A DNA stretch of 64,000 nucleotides from Kofleriaceae bacterium (GTDB lineage: Bacteria > Myxococcota_A > Polyangia > Haliangiales > Haliangiaceae), in the NCBI GenBank assembly GCA_965215005.1, contig CBDCCZ010000012.1, positions 1 to 64,000 on the forward strand, in the 5' to 3' direction. Numbering within the stretch: the first letter of the stretch is position 1; every line of letters begins with the position of its first letter. Shown piece by piece: positions 9,326-18,600 of this stretch. The translations under genes were made by a program, and so were the position numbers. A model generated the notes under the pieces. That model saw nothing but the letters and a program-made list of their open reading frames with translations. It was not told where the DNA came from and ran no database searches.

Positions 9326-12040
9326 TCAGGTCGCTGCGGTCTCCGCCAACGCCACCTCGAGCTCTCGCACCAGCGCCGCCAGCCGCGCCGCATCGGTGAC
9401 TTTGTGCCGCCCTTCGCCGGTGGTGATGTAGAACGCATCCGTCACCTTTTCGCCCTCACTGCTGAGCTTGGCCAACGCGATGTCAAACCCGTTGTCGGAG
9501 AGCACGCGGGTGATCGCGTACAGCACTCCTGGACGGTCTCGCGTGAAGATCTCCAGCACCGTCGCCTCGTCCGAGGCTTCATTGAGCACGTTGATTTCCG
9601 TCGGCACCGCCGGCGTGATCCGCTCGCCGATGATGGAGCGCGGACGCCGCTTGGCGATCAACCGCTCGACGCCGGCGGCACCGCCAGCGATCGCCTGGTG
9701 CAGGTCCTGCCGCACCCGCTGCCACCGCGCATCGTCGGTGGCGATGGCGTTGCCCGCGAGATCGCGCACGAAGAACAGATCCAGCGCTTGCCCGGTCTGC
9801 TCGTCGCCTTTACGCGGCCCCAACACCGCGCCGAGAACATCGATACGATTGGCCGCCAAGACCCCCGCGATGGCCGATAGCAGCCCGCGAACGTCGTCGG
9901 CGACGACCGCAATCTCACTGTGTCCCTTGAGCGGATAACACGACACTGCGAGCTCCGCGGCCGAGGACGAGGCGCGATGCTGCCACGCCAAACGCACCAG
10001 CCGCGCCAACTGCCGCGGCGTGAGCGCCGCAAAGAATCGCCCATCGATCGCCTCGAGCTCCTGATGCGCTTGCTCTGGCGTCACCACCTGCTCGTGCGCG
10101 CTGCTTTCCGCCGACAACAGCGCCACCACTCGGCTCCGCGCTCGCCGCGCCTGTTCACTGCTGCGACTTTCGTCGGCGCTCACGCCGCCGCGCAGAGCAT
10201 CGCGCGTGCGCACGAACAGCTCGCGAAGGAGCTCGTTCTTCCATGCATTGAGATTGCCCGGCGCGGTCATCGCGGTATCGCACAGCGTGACCAAGTAGAG
10301 CTGCACCAGGTGCTGCTCACTGCCGACGCGCTCGGCAAACCGCGCGATCACCGCCGGGTCGGAGAGATCGCGCCGCTGCGACACGTGCGACATGGTGAGG
10401 TGCTGGCGAACCAGGAACGTCGCCATCTCGACCGCCTCGGTGCTCATCCCGAGGCGGTGACCAATCGCCGACGTGAGCTGCGCGCCCTTTTCGGCGTGGC
10501 CCTTGCCGAGCGGCTTTCCCACGTCGTGGAGCAGCGCGCCCAAGTACAGCGACGGCGACGGTGGCAGCGCCGCGATGGCAGCGGTTGCGGTTGGGTATGC
10601 GTCGGCGAGCTCGCCACGCGCCAGCCGCTTGAGCATCGCCACCGTGTAGAGTTGATGCTGATCCACCGTGTAGACGTGATAGAGGTCGTGCTGCACTCGG
10701 CAGGTGCAGGGTGCCCACTCGGGCATCACCACGTTGAGAAGTCCGAGCTGATGAGCCTCTTCGAGCAGCGACGGCTGGCGACGGTCGCGCGGGTCGGTGA
10801 GCATCTCGAGAAAGATTTGCGCGGCGGTCGACTCGCCGGTGAGCTCGCTGCCGGCAGCGGCGACGTTCTCAGCGATCAGCTCCTTGGTGTGGCCGTAGAT
10901 CGGCACGTCGAGCTCCAATGCGACCCGGAAGATCCGCAGCATCTCTGCCGGCTGCTCGCGAAGCTGCCGGGGATCGCGCACCGCGAGCTGGCCATTGAAG
11001 GTGAGAAACGTGTGATCGATGCGGCGGATGCGCGGCCGCTTGCGCGCCGGCACCCGCGCCGACTCGAGCAGTCGATCCGTCACCTCCTGCACGCTGCGCG
11101 CGTGCAGATAATAGTGGCGCATCAGCGCTTCGACCGCCGGCGCGACCGCTGGGCGAATATCGCCAGGCGGCAGCGATGCTTCGGGATACAGCCCCGGGGC
11201 CAGGGTTTCTTGAATCTCGAAGGTGAGCTGATCCGTTGGCCGATTGGCCAGCAGCTGCAACAGCGATCGCAGCCGCAACAAGAAATCGAGGCCGTCCTCG
11301 AGCAGCGCCACCTGCCGCGATGATAGCTGTCCCTGGGTAACCAGCTCGGGCAGCTGCCGCACGTTCCAGCGCGCCTTGGCAGCCCATACCGCGGTCGCCA
11401 GATCGCGCAGCGCGCCAATCCCCTGCTTCAAGTTGGGCTCGAGCAAATATAGCGAGTCGCCGAACCGATCGTGGCGGCGGCGCTTTTCCTCGGCGAGCTT
11501 TTCGATGAAGTCGTTGGGATTCCCGCCGGGAGCCACGGCGCGGCGCGTTCCGCGCTCGAGCTCGACGAGACGCTCGCGGGCGCCGACGAGATAGCGAACG
11601 TCGAGCAGCGCGGTGCCGGTGGCGAGATCGTCGCGCGCAAGACGCGCTGCTTCTTTGGGGATTCGTACCGCATGCCCGACCTGAATCCGCGCATCCCAAA
11701 GCGGATAGAGGAGCGCATCGGCCAGCTCTCGGGCGACATCCTCGCGGCCCGGCGGCGACAGCAGGATGAAGTCGATATCGGAAAATGGGCAGAGCTCGCG
11801 GCGCCCCCAGCCGCCCGTGGCGACCAGCGCCAGCTCTGCTGTCGCCGCATCGCCCCCACGGCTCTCAAACTCGGCCCAAAGCTCGGACAGGATGCCATCG
11901 TAGACATCGGAGAGCGCAGCGCACGCCCCGCGGCCAGCACCGGCCTGTAGCGCCTCGCGCATGGCGCCGCGGGCGGTCTCCACGCGGGCACGTAACCGCG
12001 AGCTTCTCTCGCTCTGTTGCAGAGGCAGGATCTCAGCCAT
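9326..12040 (-). CDS. glnD: [Protein-PII] uridylyltransferase/uridylyl-removing enzyme
   Basis: NT domain ATGGWGRRELCPFSDIDF, LEPNLKQG.GALRD, YHVYTVDQH, LLHDVGK (HD), two ACT domains (DRPGVL). Confidence 0.95.
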   Translation of the reverse strand: MAEILPLQQSERSSRLRARVETARGAMREALQAGAGRGACAALSDVYDGILSELWAEFESRGGDAATAELALVATGGWGRRELCPFSDIDFILLSPPGREDVARELADALLYPLWDARIQVGHAVRIPKEAARLARDDLATGTALLDVRYLVGARERLVELERGTRRAVAPGGNPNDFIEKLAEEKRRRHDRFGDSLYLLEPNLKQGIGALRDLATAVWAAKARWNVRQLPELVTQGQLSSRQVALLEDGLDFLLRLRSLLQLLANRPTDQLTFEIQETLAPGLYPEASLPPGDIRPAVAPAVEALMRHYYLHARSVQEVTDRLLESARVPARKRPRIRRIDHTFLTFNGQLAVRDPRQLREQPAEMLRIFRVALELDVPIYGHTKELIAENVAAAGSELTGESTAAQIFLEMLTDPRDRRQPSLLEEAHQLGLLNVVMPEWAPCTCRVQHDLYHVYTVDQHQLYTVAMLKRLARGELADAYPTATAAIAALPPSPSLYLGALLHDVGKPLGKGHAEKGAQLTSAIGHRLGMSTEAVEMATFLVRQHLTMSHVSQRRDLSDPAVIARFAERVGSEQHLVQLYLVTLCDTAMTAPGNLNAWKNELLRELFVRTRDALRGGVSADESRSSEQARRARSRVVALLSAESSAHEQVVTPEQAHQELEAIDGRFFAALTPRQLARLVRLAWQHRASSSAAELAVSCYPLKGHSEIAVVADDVRGLLSAIAGVLAANRIDVLGAVLGPRKGDEQTGQALDLFFVRDLAGNAIATDDARWQRVRQDLHQAIAGGAAGVERLIAKRRPRSIIGERITPAVPTEINVLNEASDEATVLEIFTRDRPGVLYAITRVLSDNGFDIALAKLSSEGEKVTDAFYITTGEGRHKVTDAARLAALVRELEVALAETAAT

Positions 12041-12119
12041 GCCCCCGATCCTGCGCGATTTGATTCGCAGGTCAACGTCGGTTTGACAGTCGAGCAGCGG
12101 TGATGTAAGCGGCTCTGCC

Positions 12120-12626
12120 ATGGCAACTATCGAGCTCGGTCCGCTAACGGAGCATTTCGAACCCAGCGAGGTCGCGGCGATCGCCGCCGCCCTGCGAGCC
12201 GCCGATCACGGCACGCTCGAGCTCAGCGATGACGCGCAGGCGGCGGTGCTAGAGCGCAATCTCGACGATGACTTGCTCGCCGACTTTCGCGACCAGCTCG
12301 AAGCCAACGACGCGGCCTGTGATATCTACCTGCCGCTCGATTTCGAAGATCCGGTGGACGCGGCTGGCTACGTGGTGGGCTCGGCGCAGGCGCTGCTAAT
12401 GGTTCTCGACGAGATCAAAGACGATCTATTTGCTGAGGTCAGCGACGACGAGGACACCGAGACCGCCGATTATGATGACGACGACGAGCGCTTAGCCGAT
12501 GACGACGAGGACGAGGACGACCCAATGGAGCTCAAGGACGAGCGCCTGCGCGGTCTGTGGAAGCTGCTCCATCAAGGCGCCACGCAGAGCCTTCGCGACA
12601 ACTTGGCGCTCATCGTGCGTTCCTGA
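12120..12626 (+). CDS. Acidic hypothetical protein
   Basis: 168-aa ORF with strong GC3 bias and a D/E-rich tract; TTGACA upstream near 12083. Confidence 0.7.
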   Translation: MATIELGPLTEHFEPSEVAAIAAALRAADHGTLELSDDAQAAVLERNLDDDLLADFRDQLEANDAACDIYLPLDFEDPVDAAGYVVGSAQALLMVLDEIKDDLFAEVSDDEDTETADYDDDDERLADDDEDEDDPMELKDERLRGLWKLLHQGATQSLRDNLALIVRS

Positions 12627-12710
12627 GGTGCCGGGCCAGGTCCTGCCGGGCGTCCTTCCAGCGAGCATCGCTGTGCTTGACGCGAATCTGAGCTCGGCCT
12701 CGCCGCCGGC

Positions 12711-13703
12711 TTACTCCTGCTCGGCGACCGAGTCCGCCGCCGCGGCCGCTGCCGCTCGCGGCGACGCCTCGCCCCGCACCACCGCGGCGATCGCCGACAG
12801 GAGCGGCATGCGAACGCCCAGCCGATCCGCCAGCCGCGCCAAGCCGATCGCTGCCCCCGCGCCCTCACTGCGATCACCGTCGGTTGGAGCGCGGCCCTCC
12901 CCGAGTGCCAGTCCCAAGCGATAATCGCGAGAATACTCGCTCGAGCTCGACGACGAGCGCACCAACAGATTTCCCAGCCCGGCCAGTCCGGTGAAGGTGC
13001 GCGCATCTCCGCCCGCGGCCTCCCCCAGGCGCGAGGCTTCGGCGAGCCCGCGGGTGATCAGCACCGCCTTGGGACCCGCGCCGATCTGCAACGCGTCGGC
13101 AACGCCAATCGCAACGGTGTAGGCGCCTGACAACGCCGCCGCGAGCTCGACGCCAACGAGGTCCGTCGAGCAGTAGATGCGCAGCGCTGGCGACAAGCTC
13201 AGCAGCCGGCGAGCCTCGCGGGTGACCTCTGCAAACGCCGAGGCCACCACCATGGATGAGAACGCGCCCCCGACGAGGTCGCGATACAGCGCCGGCCCCG
13301 CGAGCGCACCGATCCGCCGCACCGGCGTCTCTTCCGCAATGACCTCGCTCACCCGCGCTTCCCCGGGGCTGGCCAAGGCGCCGATGGCGTGCACGACAAA
13401 ATGCGAGCCATCAACGACGTCTCCGAGCGCCCGCAGCCGCGCCCGCACGTCGACCGAAGCGACTGCGAGCAGCAGAAAACGGGCACTGGCAGCCAACTCG
13501 GCGGCATCTGCGGTGACGGTGAGGCTGGCAGCGAGCTCGACCTCGGGCAGTCGCGGATTCACCCGCCGCTGGCGCACCTGGCGCACCACCTCCTCGTCGC
13601 TCGACCACATCACCACCGGTCGCCCCGCGAGTGCCAAGCGATTGGCCAGCGCGGTGCCGAAGCGACCCGCACCGACGATGCCCACGACCTCCGCGCGGCT
13701 CAC
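12711..13703 (-). CDS. NAD(P)H-dependent glycerol-3-phosphate dehydrogenase (GpsA)-like protein with degenerate active site
   Basis: GAGRFGTALA Rossmann motif, LAGP, DLVGVEL, LITRGLAE, TFTGLAGLG. Catalytic LKN, SKG, GDL and SRN motifs are altered. Confidence 0.85.
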   Translation of the reverse strand: MSRAEVVGIVGAGRFGTALANRLALAGRPVVMWSSDEEVVRQVRQRRVNPRLPEVELAASLTVTADAAELAASARFLLLAVASVDVRARLRALGDVVDGSHFVVHAIGALASPGEARVSEVIAEETPVRRIGALAGPALYRDLVGGAFSSMVVASAFAEVTREARRLLSLSPALRIYCSTDLVGVELAAALSGAYTVAIGVADALQIGAGPKAVLITRGLAEASRLGEAAGGDARTFTGLAGLGNLLVRSSSSSSEYSRDYRLGLALGEGRAPTDGDRSEGAGAAIGLARLADRLGVRMPLLSAIAAVVRGEASPRAAAAAAADSVAEQE

Positions 13704-15322
13704 GAGACCCGCTCCACCGGAATGTGCGCGGTGCGGTTTTGGTAGTAATAGAGGAGCTTCATATCGCCGACGAGCAGCTCACGGCCGGCGCTGCGCAGCA
13801 CCGGCCGGGCATGGTAGGTGACGAGTCCGCGGACCGCATCTTCGACAATGGCCGCCGCCGAGCGCCCAGGGTTGTGTAGCCGCCCCCATTGCGGCGTCTC
13901 TTCGATGCGGTCGCGGAGCCGCTCGACACCGGCGCGGACGCACTCGAGCGGCACCCGCGCCAGCGACGGCTCCAGACGCAGCAGACGGTAGACGTCACGG
14001 GTGCCGGCGACGGCGCAGATCTCGTCGAACACGACGCGGGTGACCAGGCTCGTCGATAGCAACACGGTCTCCCGGCGAAGTCGCTCCACGAGCCGGTCGC
14101 CGAGGAGGCGCGTATACACTTCGCCGCGCTGCGCATCATGACTGACGGCACCGTCGGCATCACGCAAATACGACGCTGGATCGACGCGCCGCCCGCGTTG
14201 ATCGAAGGAGTCGCCGCGATCGTCGACGTCGTTGCCGAACGGATCCAAGGGGGTCCCGAAGCGGATGACCACCGACTCTTCGAGGGCCAGTGCCTTGCGC
14301 GCGAACTCGACGATGCGACCTATTCGGGAGAACTCGTCGTCTTCGATGATGTAGCGAGATTTGCCTTCCTCAGCCAGAAAATCGTCGATCAAGGTCTCGG
14401 CTTCGAGCACCAACCGATAGTTGATGGTCGCGGGCACGATGAAGAACCGCCCCAGCGGCGCTGCGCGCGACACGTTGTTGGTGTACGCCTTGATGGTCGT
14501 GCCCAAGAGCCCCAGCTTGAGGCGCCGCTCGACCATGTTGGAGCGACCGCGCGTGCCCCCTGGAAAGAATAGCGAGTGATAGCCATTCTCGAGGAGAACG
14601 GTCGAGTATTCCTTCAGGACATCCTTGTAGAGCTCGAAACGCAGTCGACGATCGACGCGATACGCGCCGAGATTGCGCATGAAGAAACTGATCAGCGGAT
14701 TGCTGAAGAGATTCTTGCCAGCGCCGTAGGTGACCGGCGGCAGCTGTGCGCGGGTCAGCGCCAGCGCGATGACGATCGAGTCCATGTTCGACGAGTGCGT
14801 CGGCGTCACCACCAGCGTGCCGCGATCGCAGCACGCGCGGAGGTGCTCGAGCGGTCCCTGAACCTCGATGCGCCCGGAGAACTCGCCGAGCGCCGCCACG
14901 CCCTCCCGCAAGCTCCCGACCGGCGACGACAGAAACGAAAGTGCGGGGGGCAGGATGTCGCTCGCGAACCTATACACCCGCGGATCGAAGTTGCCGACGA
15001 TGTCGTGGGCGTAAAATCGAATCAGTCGCGCCAGCTCCTCGCGGCGGGTGTCTTCGCTCATCCGCGTGAGTCGATGCGCGAGCCGCTGCCACCGCGCCAG
15101 TTGCTTTTGCCCACTTCGACTATGACTATCCTCGAGGCGGCGCATCTCCGCATACGCCACGTCATTGAGCACGTACTCGAGCGACGCATCCCCACCCGCA
15201 GCGGCGGCGGCCACCCGATCGGCGAGAATGCGGCGCTCCACCTCCGCGAGGATCCGCGCGCGATCGCGGTTGAAGTGCTCGAGGCGATTTTCTGCCTCGA
15301 GCACGGGCCGAAGTCTCGACAT
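13700..15322 (-). CDS. Glycerol-3-phosphate/DHAP acyltransferase (PlsB/GNPAT-like)
   Basis: HxxxxD (THSSNMD), GAYRVDR, FFPGGTR, IVPATINY. GTGA overlap with the GpsA-like gene. Start uncertain (15322 preferred). Confidence 0.85.
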   Translation of the reverse strand: MSRLRPVLEAENRLEHFNRDRARILAEVERRILADRVAAAAAGGDASLEYVLNDVAYAEMRRLEDSHSRSGQKQLARWQRLAHRLTRMSEDTRREELARLIRFYAHDIVGNFDPRVYRFASDILPPALSFLSSPVGSLREGVAALGEFSGRIEVQGPLEHLRACCDRGTLVVTPTHSSNMDSIVIALALTRAQLPPVTYGAGKNLFSNPLISFFMRNLGAYRVDRRLRFELYKDVLKEYSTVLLENGYHSLFFPGGTRGRSNMVERRLKLGLLGTTIKAYTNNVSRAAPLGRFFIVPATINYRLVLEAETLIDDFLAEEGKSRYIIEDDEFSRIGRIVEFARKALALEESVVIRFGTPLDPFGNDVDDRGDSFDQRGRRVDPASYLRDADGAVSHDAQRGEVYTRLLGDRLVERLRRETVLLSTSLVTRVVFDEICAVAGTRDVYRLLRLEPSLARVPLECVRAGVERLRDRIEETPQWGRLHNPGRSAAAIVEDAVRGLVTYHARPVLRSAGRELLVGDMKLLYYYQNRTAHIPVERVS

Positions 15323-15623
15323 GACGGCGGTTCTAACACGCACATCCGGGCCCGCTGCCCGACGCGCTGCTGCGGCGGCCTTCGAGGCGCGAGCTCGATC
15401 TCCGTGGCCGTGTTTCCAAGAGACGCGGCTGGAAAAGATCCTATGTCTGTCTTGGAATCGCTGTGGTATGGTGCTAGAGACCTTCTGACGCGGCACGCCC
15501 TTCGGGGCTCGAGCAGCGGGGTCGATGAGGGGGGCGCTATCTAGACCTCCTTCTTACGCCCTTCCCTCTGGTGGCTCGCACACCCCGCGCCACGCATCAC
15601 GACTGTCGGAGTACTGCGGACGA

Positions 15624-18600
15624 ATGTCCAAGAAATCTCGTAGTAAGGCGGCCGCCTCCGAGGCCGAGTCGCCGACACGCGCCCGCGCCGGAACCTCTTC
15701 GGCTCGAGGGGCTACATCAAAAAAACTGGCGTCCGCAGGGTCGCGCAAGCCGGCGGCCAAGCCTCGCTCCTCGGCGTCCCGTAAGCCAGCGGCTGCAGGT
15801 CGTGGAGAGCGGGTGCCCACGTCCGAGGCGGGCCGCAAGACCAGCGCGGCCAAATCGCCATCGGCCTCCAAGGGTGGTTCGACCGCAGGGCGGGCCGCAG
15901 CGCCTCGGGATGCCGCCAACACGAGCCGCCGCAAGCCAGGCTCGGCGACCAAGCCAAGCGCGGCGGCCAAGAGAGGCGCGGCGGCCAAGCCAGGCACGAC
16001 GGCCAAGAGAGGCGCGGCGGCCAAGGCAGAAGCGGCGGCCAAGCCAGGCGCGGCGGCCAAGGCAGGAGCGGCGACCAAGAGAGGCGCGGCGGCCAAGCCA
16101 AGCACGACGGCCAAGCGAGGCGCGGCGGCCAAGCCAAGCACGGCGGCCAAGAGAGGCGCTGCGGCCAAGCCAGGCACGGCGGCCAAGAGAGGCGCTGCGG
16201 CCAAGCCAGGGGCGGCGGCCAAGCCAGGGGCGGCGGCCAAGCCAGGGGCGGCGGCCAAGCCAGGCGGCGGGCGCAGTGGCGCAAAGGCCACCGCGACGGC
16301 CAAACGCGCGCCCAGCCCGGCACCGCGCGGCGCATCTCGCGTCGGTCGCACAACCGGACCACAGCAGCCCGGCGCCATCCGCGCCACGGCACGCCATGCC
16401 GAGACCCGTACACCACCGCCGCCAGCAGCGAAAATCAAGCCACCTGCGAAGGCTCCATCGGCCGCCGCGAAGCGCGCGCGCGCCATCGAGACGCCCGCGG
16501 CCAAGGCGGGGGTGCGCGCCCCCGTGACGCTCCCAAACAATTCGGCGCGGGCCAGCGGCAGGTCGACCGCGCAAGTCCCCAAGGCGCCCGCCGAGGCCAT
16601 CACCGAGACAATGACGCACGCCACCGACGTACCGCGGGCGAAACCGCGAGCGAACAAAAAGACGCGAGGCGATGCCGCCGAGGTCACGCACGCCGCCGAG
16701 ACGACTCTCGCGAGCGCCGCCCCCTCCCAGCCCGCGACCGAAGCCAGTACGGAGGGCAATCGAGCCGCCGTCACCGAGGCTGCCGCCCCGAGCGCGATGA
16801 AGAAGCCAGCGATCCGGGTGCCGATCTTGCCGGTAGGCGTTCACAGCGACGGAATTCCATGGTCGCCGGCGCTGCATCGCCTCTTCGAGATCGGCCGCGA
16901 GCGCATGGGTCTAGAAGGGCTGCGTGCCGGTCAGAGCGTCGCCCTCGAGCACATTCTCGCCGGCCGCGATCTACTCGCCGTGATGCCGACCGGCAGCGGC
17001 AAGTCACTATTGTATCAGCTGCCCTCGCTGATCCTTCCCGGCCTCACCGTCGTCGTCTCACCACTCATCGCCCTCATCAAGGACCAGGTCGATAAGATGC
17101 GCTCGCTCGGAGTGGCGGTCGTGCGCATCGACTCCACCCTCACCGTCAAGCAGCGCCGCGAGATGAATGCGCTGGCCGAGGCGCCGGGCGGCAAGCTCCT
17201 GCTCACCACCCCGGAGCGGATGGCCGACCCCGAGTTTCGCAGCTTTCTGCGCGATGGTGCCGGGCAGCGCGGCGTGTCGCTGTTCGTCGTCGACGAAGCG
17301 CACTGCGTCTCGCAGTGGGGGCACGACTTTCGTCCCGCCTACCTGGCGCTTCGCAAGGCGCTCGAAGATCTGAGTGACGCGAGCGGCAAGCGTCCACAGG
17401 TGCTTGCTACCACCGCCACCGCACCGCCGCATGTCCGGGAGGACATCCTTCATCAGCTCGGCCTAGCTCCCGAAGACGAGGCCGCTCCTGCCGAGCCTGC
17501 TGCAGACGAAGCCCGCGTCGTCACCACGACGTTCGACCGGCCCAACCTGCACTTCGAAGTGATCACCACGCCGGGCGATGACGACAAGAATAAGATCCTC
17601 GTCACCCTCCTCAAGAAGCTTCCCAAGCCGGGCATCGTCTACTGCGCCACCGTTAAGAAGGTCGAGCAACTCGCAGAGCAGCTCGGTCGCCACGGAATTG
17701 CGGTTCGCAAATATCACGGCCGGCTGACCAAGAAAGAGCGCGACACCAACCAGCAGGAGTTCATGGACTCCAAAGAGCTGGTGATGATCGCGACCAACGC
17801 CTTTGGTCTCGGCGTCGACAAGCCCGATATCCGCAACGTCCTGCACTTTCACGTTCCCGGATCTCTCGAGGCTTACGCACAGGAGGCCGGGCGCGCCGGG
17901 CGCGACGCCAAGCCGTCGCGCTGCGTGCTTCTGTTCTCGCCCGACGACGTCGCGATTCAGGAGTACTTTCTCACCGGCACCTATCCGACTCGCCAGCAAG
18001 TGCGCTCGGTCTATCGCGCCCTGCAAGCCTTCTCTACTTCTGCGGTGGAGAGCGAAGCACCGCCCACCGCCGCCAACATCGCGCTGTCGGCGCGCGTCGG
18101 CACGCAGCGAACGCGCACGGTGCTGTCCCTGCTCAAGGACGAGGGGTTCGTCGAGGAAGGCGAGAACGAGATGTTCCGCATCGCCGAAACCGCGCCCGAC
18201 GACACCGTGCTCAGCGACAAAGCTCGACAGTACGAGGCGCGTCGCATTGCCGACCGCCAGCGGCTCGACGCGCTGCTGGCCTACGTGGGTCACGCCGGAT
18301 GCCGCAACCAAGCCATCCTCACATATCTGGGCGAGCACGACACGCCGCCGTGCGGACGCTGCGACAACTGCTTGCGCTCGCAAGACGCGGCCATCGCAGC
18401 AGCGGAGGAGGCAATTCGTCTCGAGGCGCGGGTGACCTCGCAGCTCGATGACGATTCCGAAGAGAGTGCTCAAAACCGGCCGCGCCGGATGATTCGACAT
18501 CGGGTCATACGCATCGATCAGCCCACCGTCGCTTCGCCCGCGGGCAAAGCTGCCACCGCCGCCGCGGCACCTCTCGCCGCAGCAGCCGCCGAGCCCGGTG

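Noticed and set aside
15933..16265. 18-bp repeats as CRISPR, iterons or a separate antisense gene (15554-16774, 15717-16877)
   Set aside because: Variation follows codon structure of the plus-strand RecQ frame. The antisense ORFs are stop-free shadows of a GC-rich repeat.
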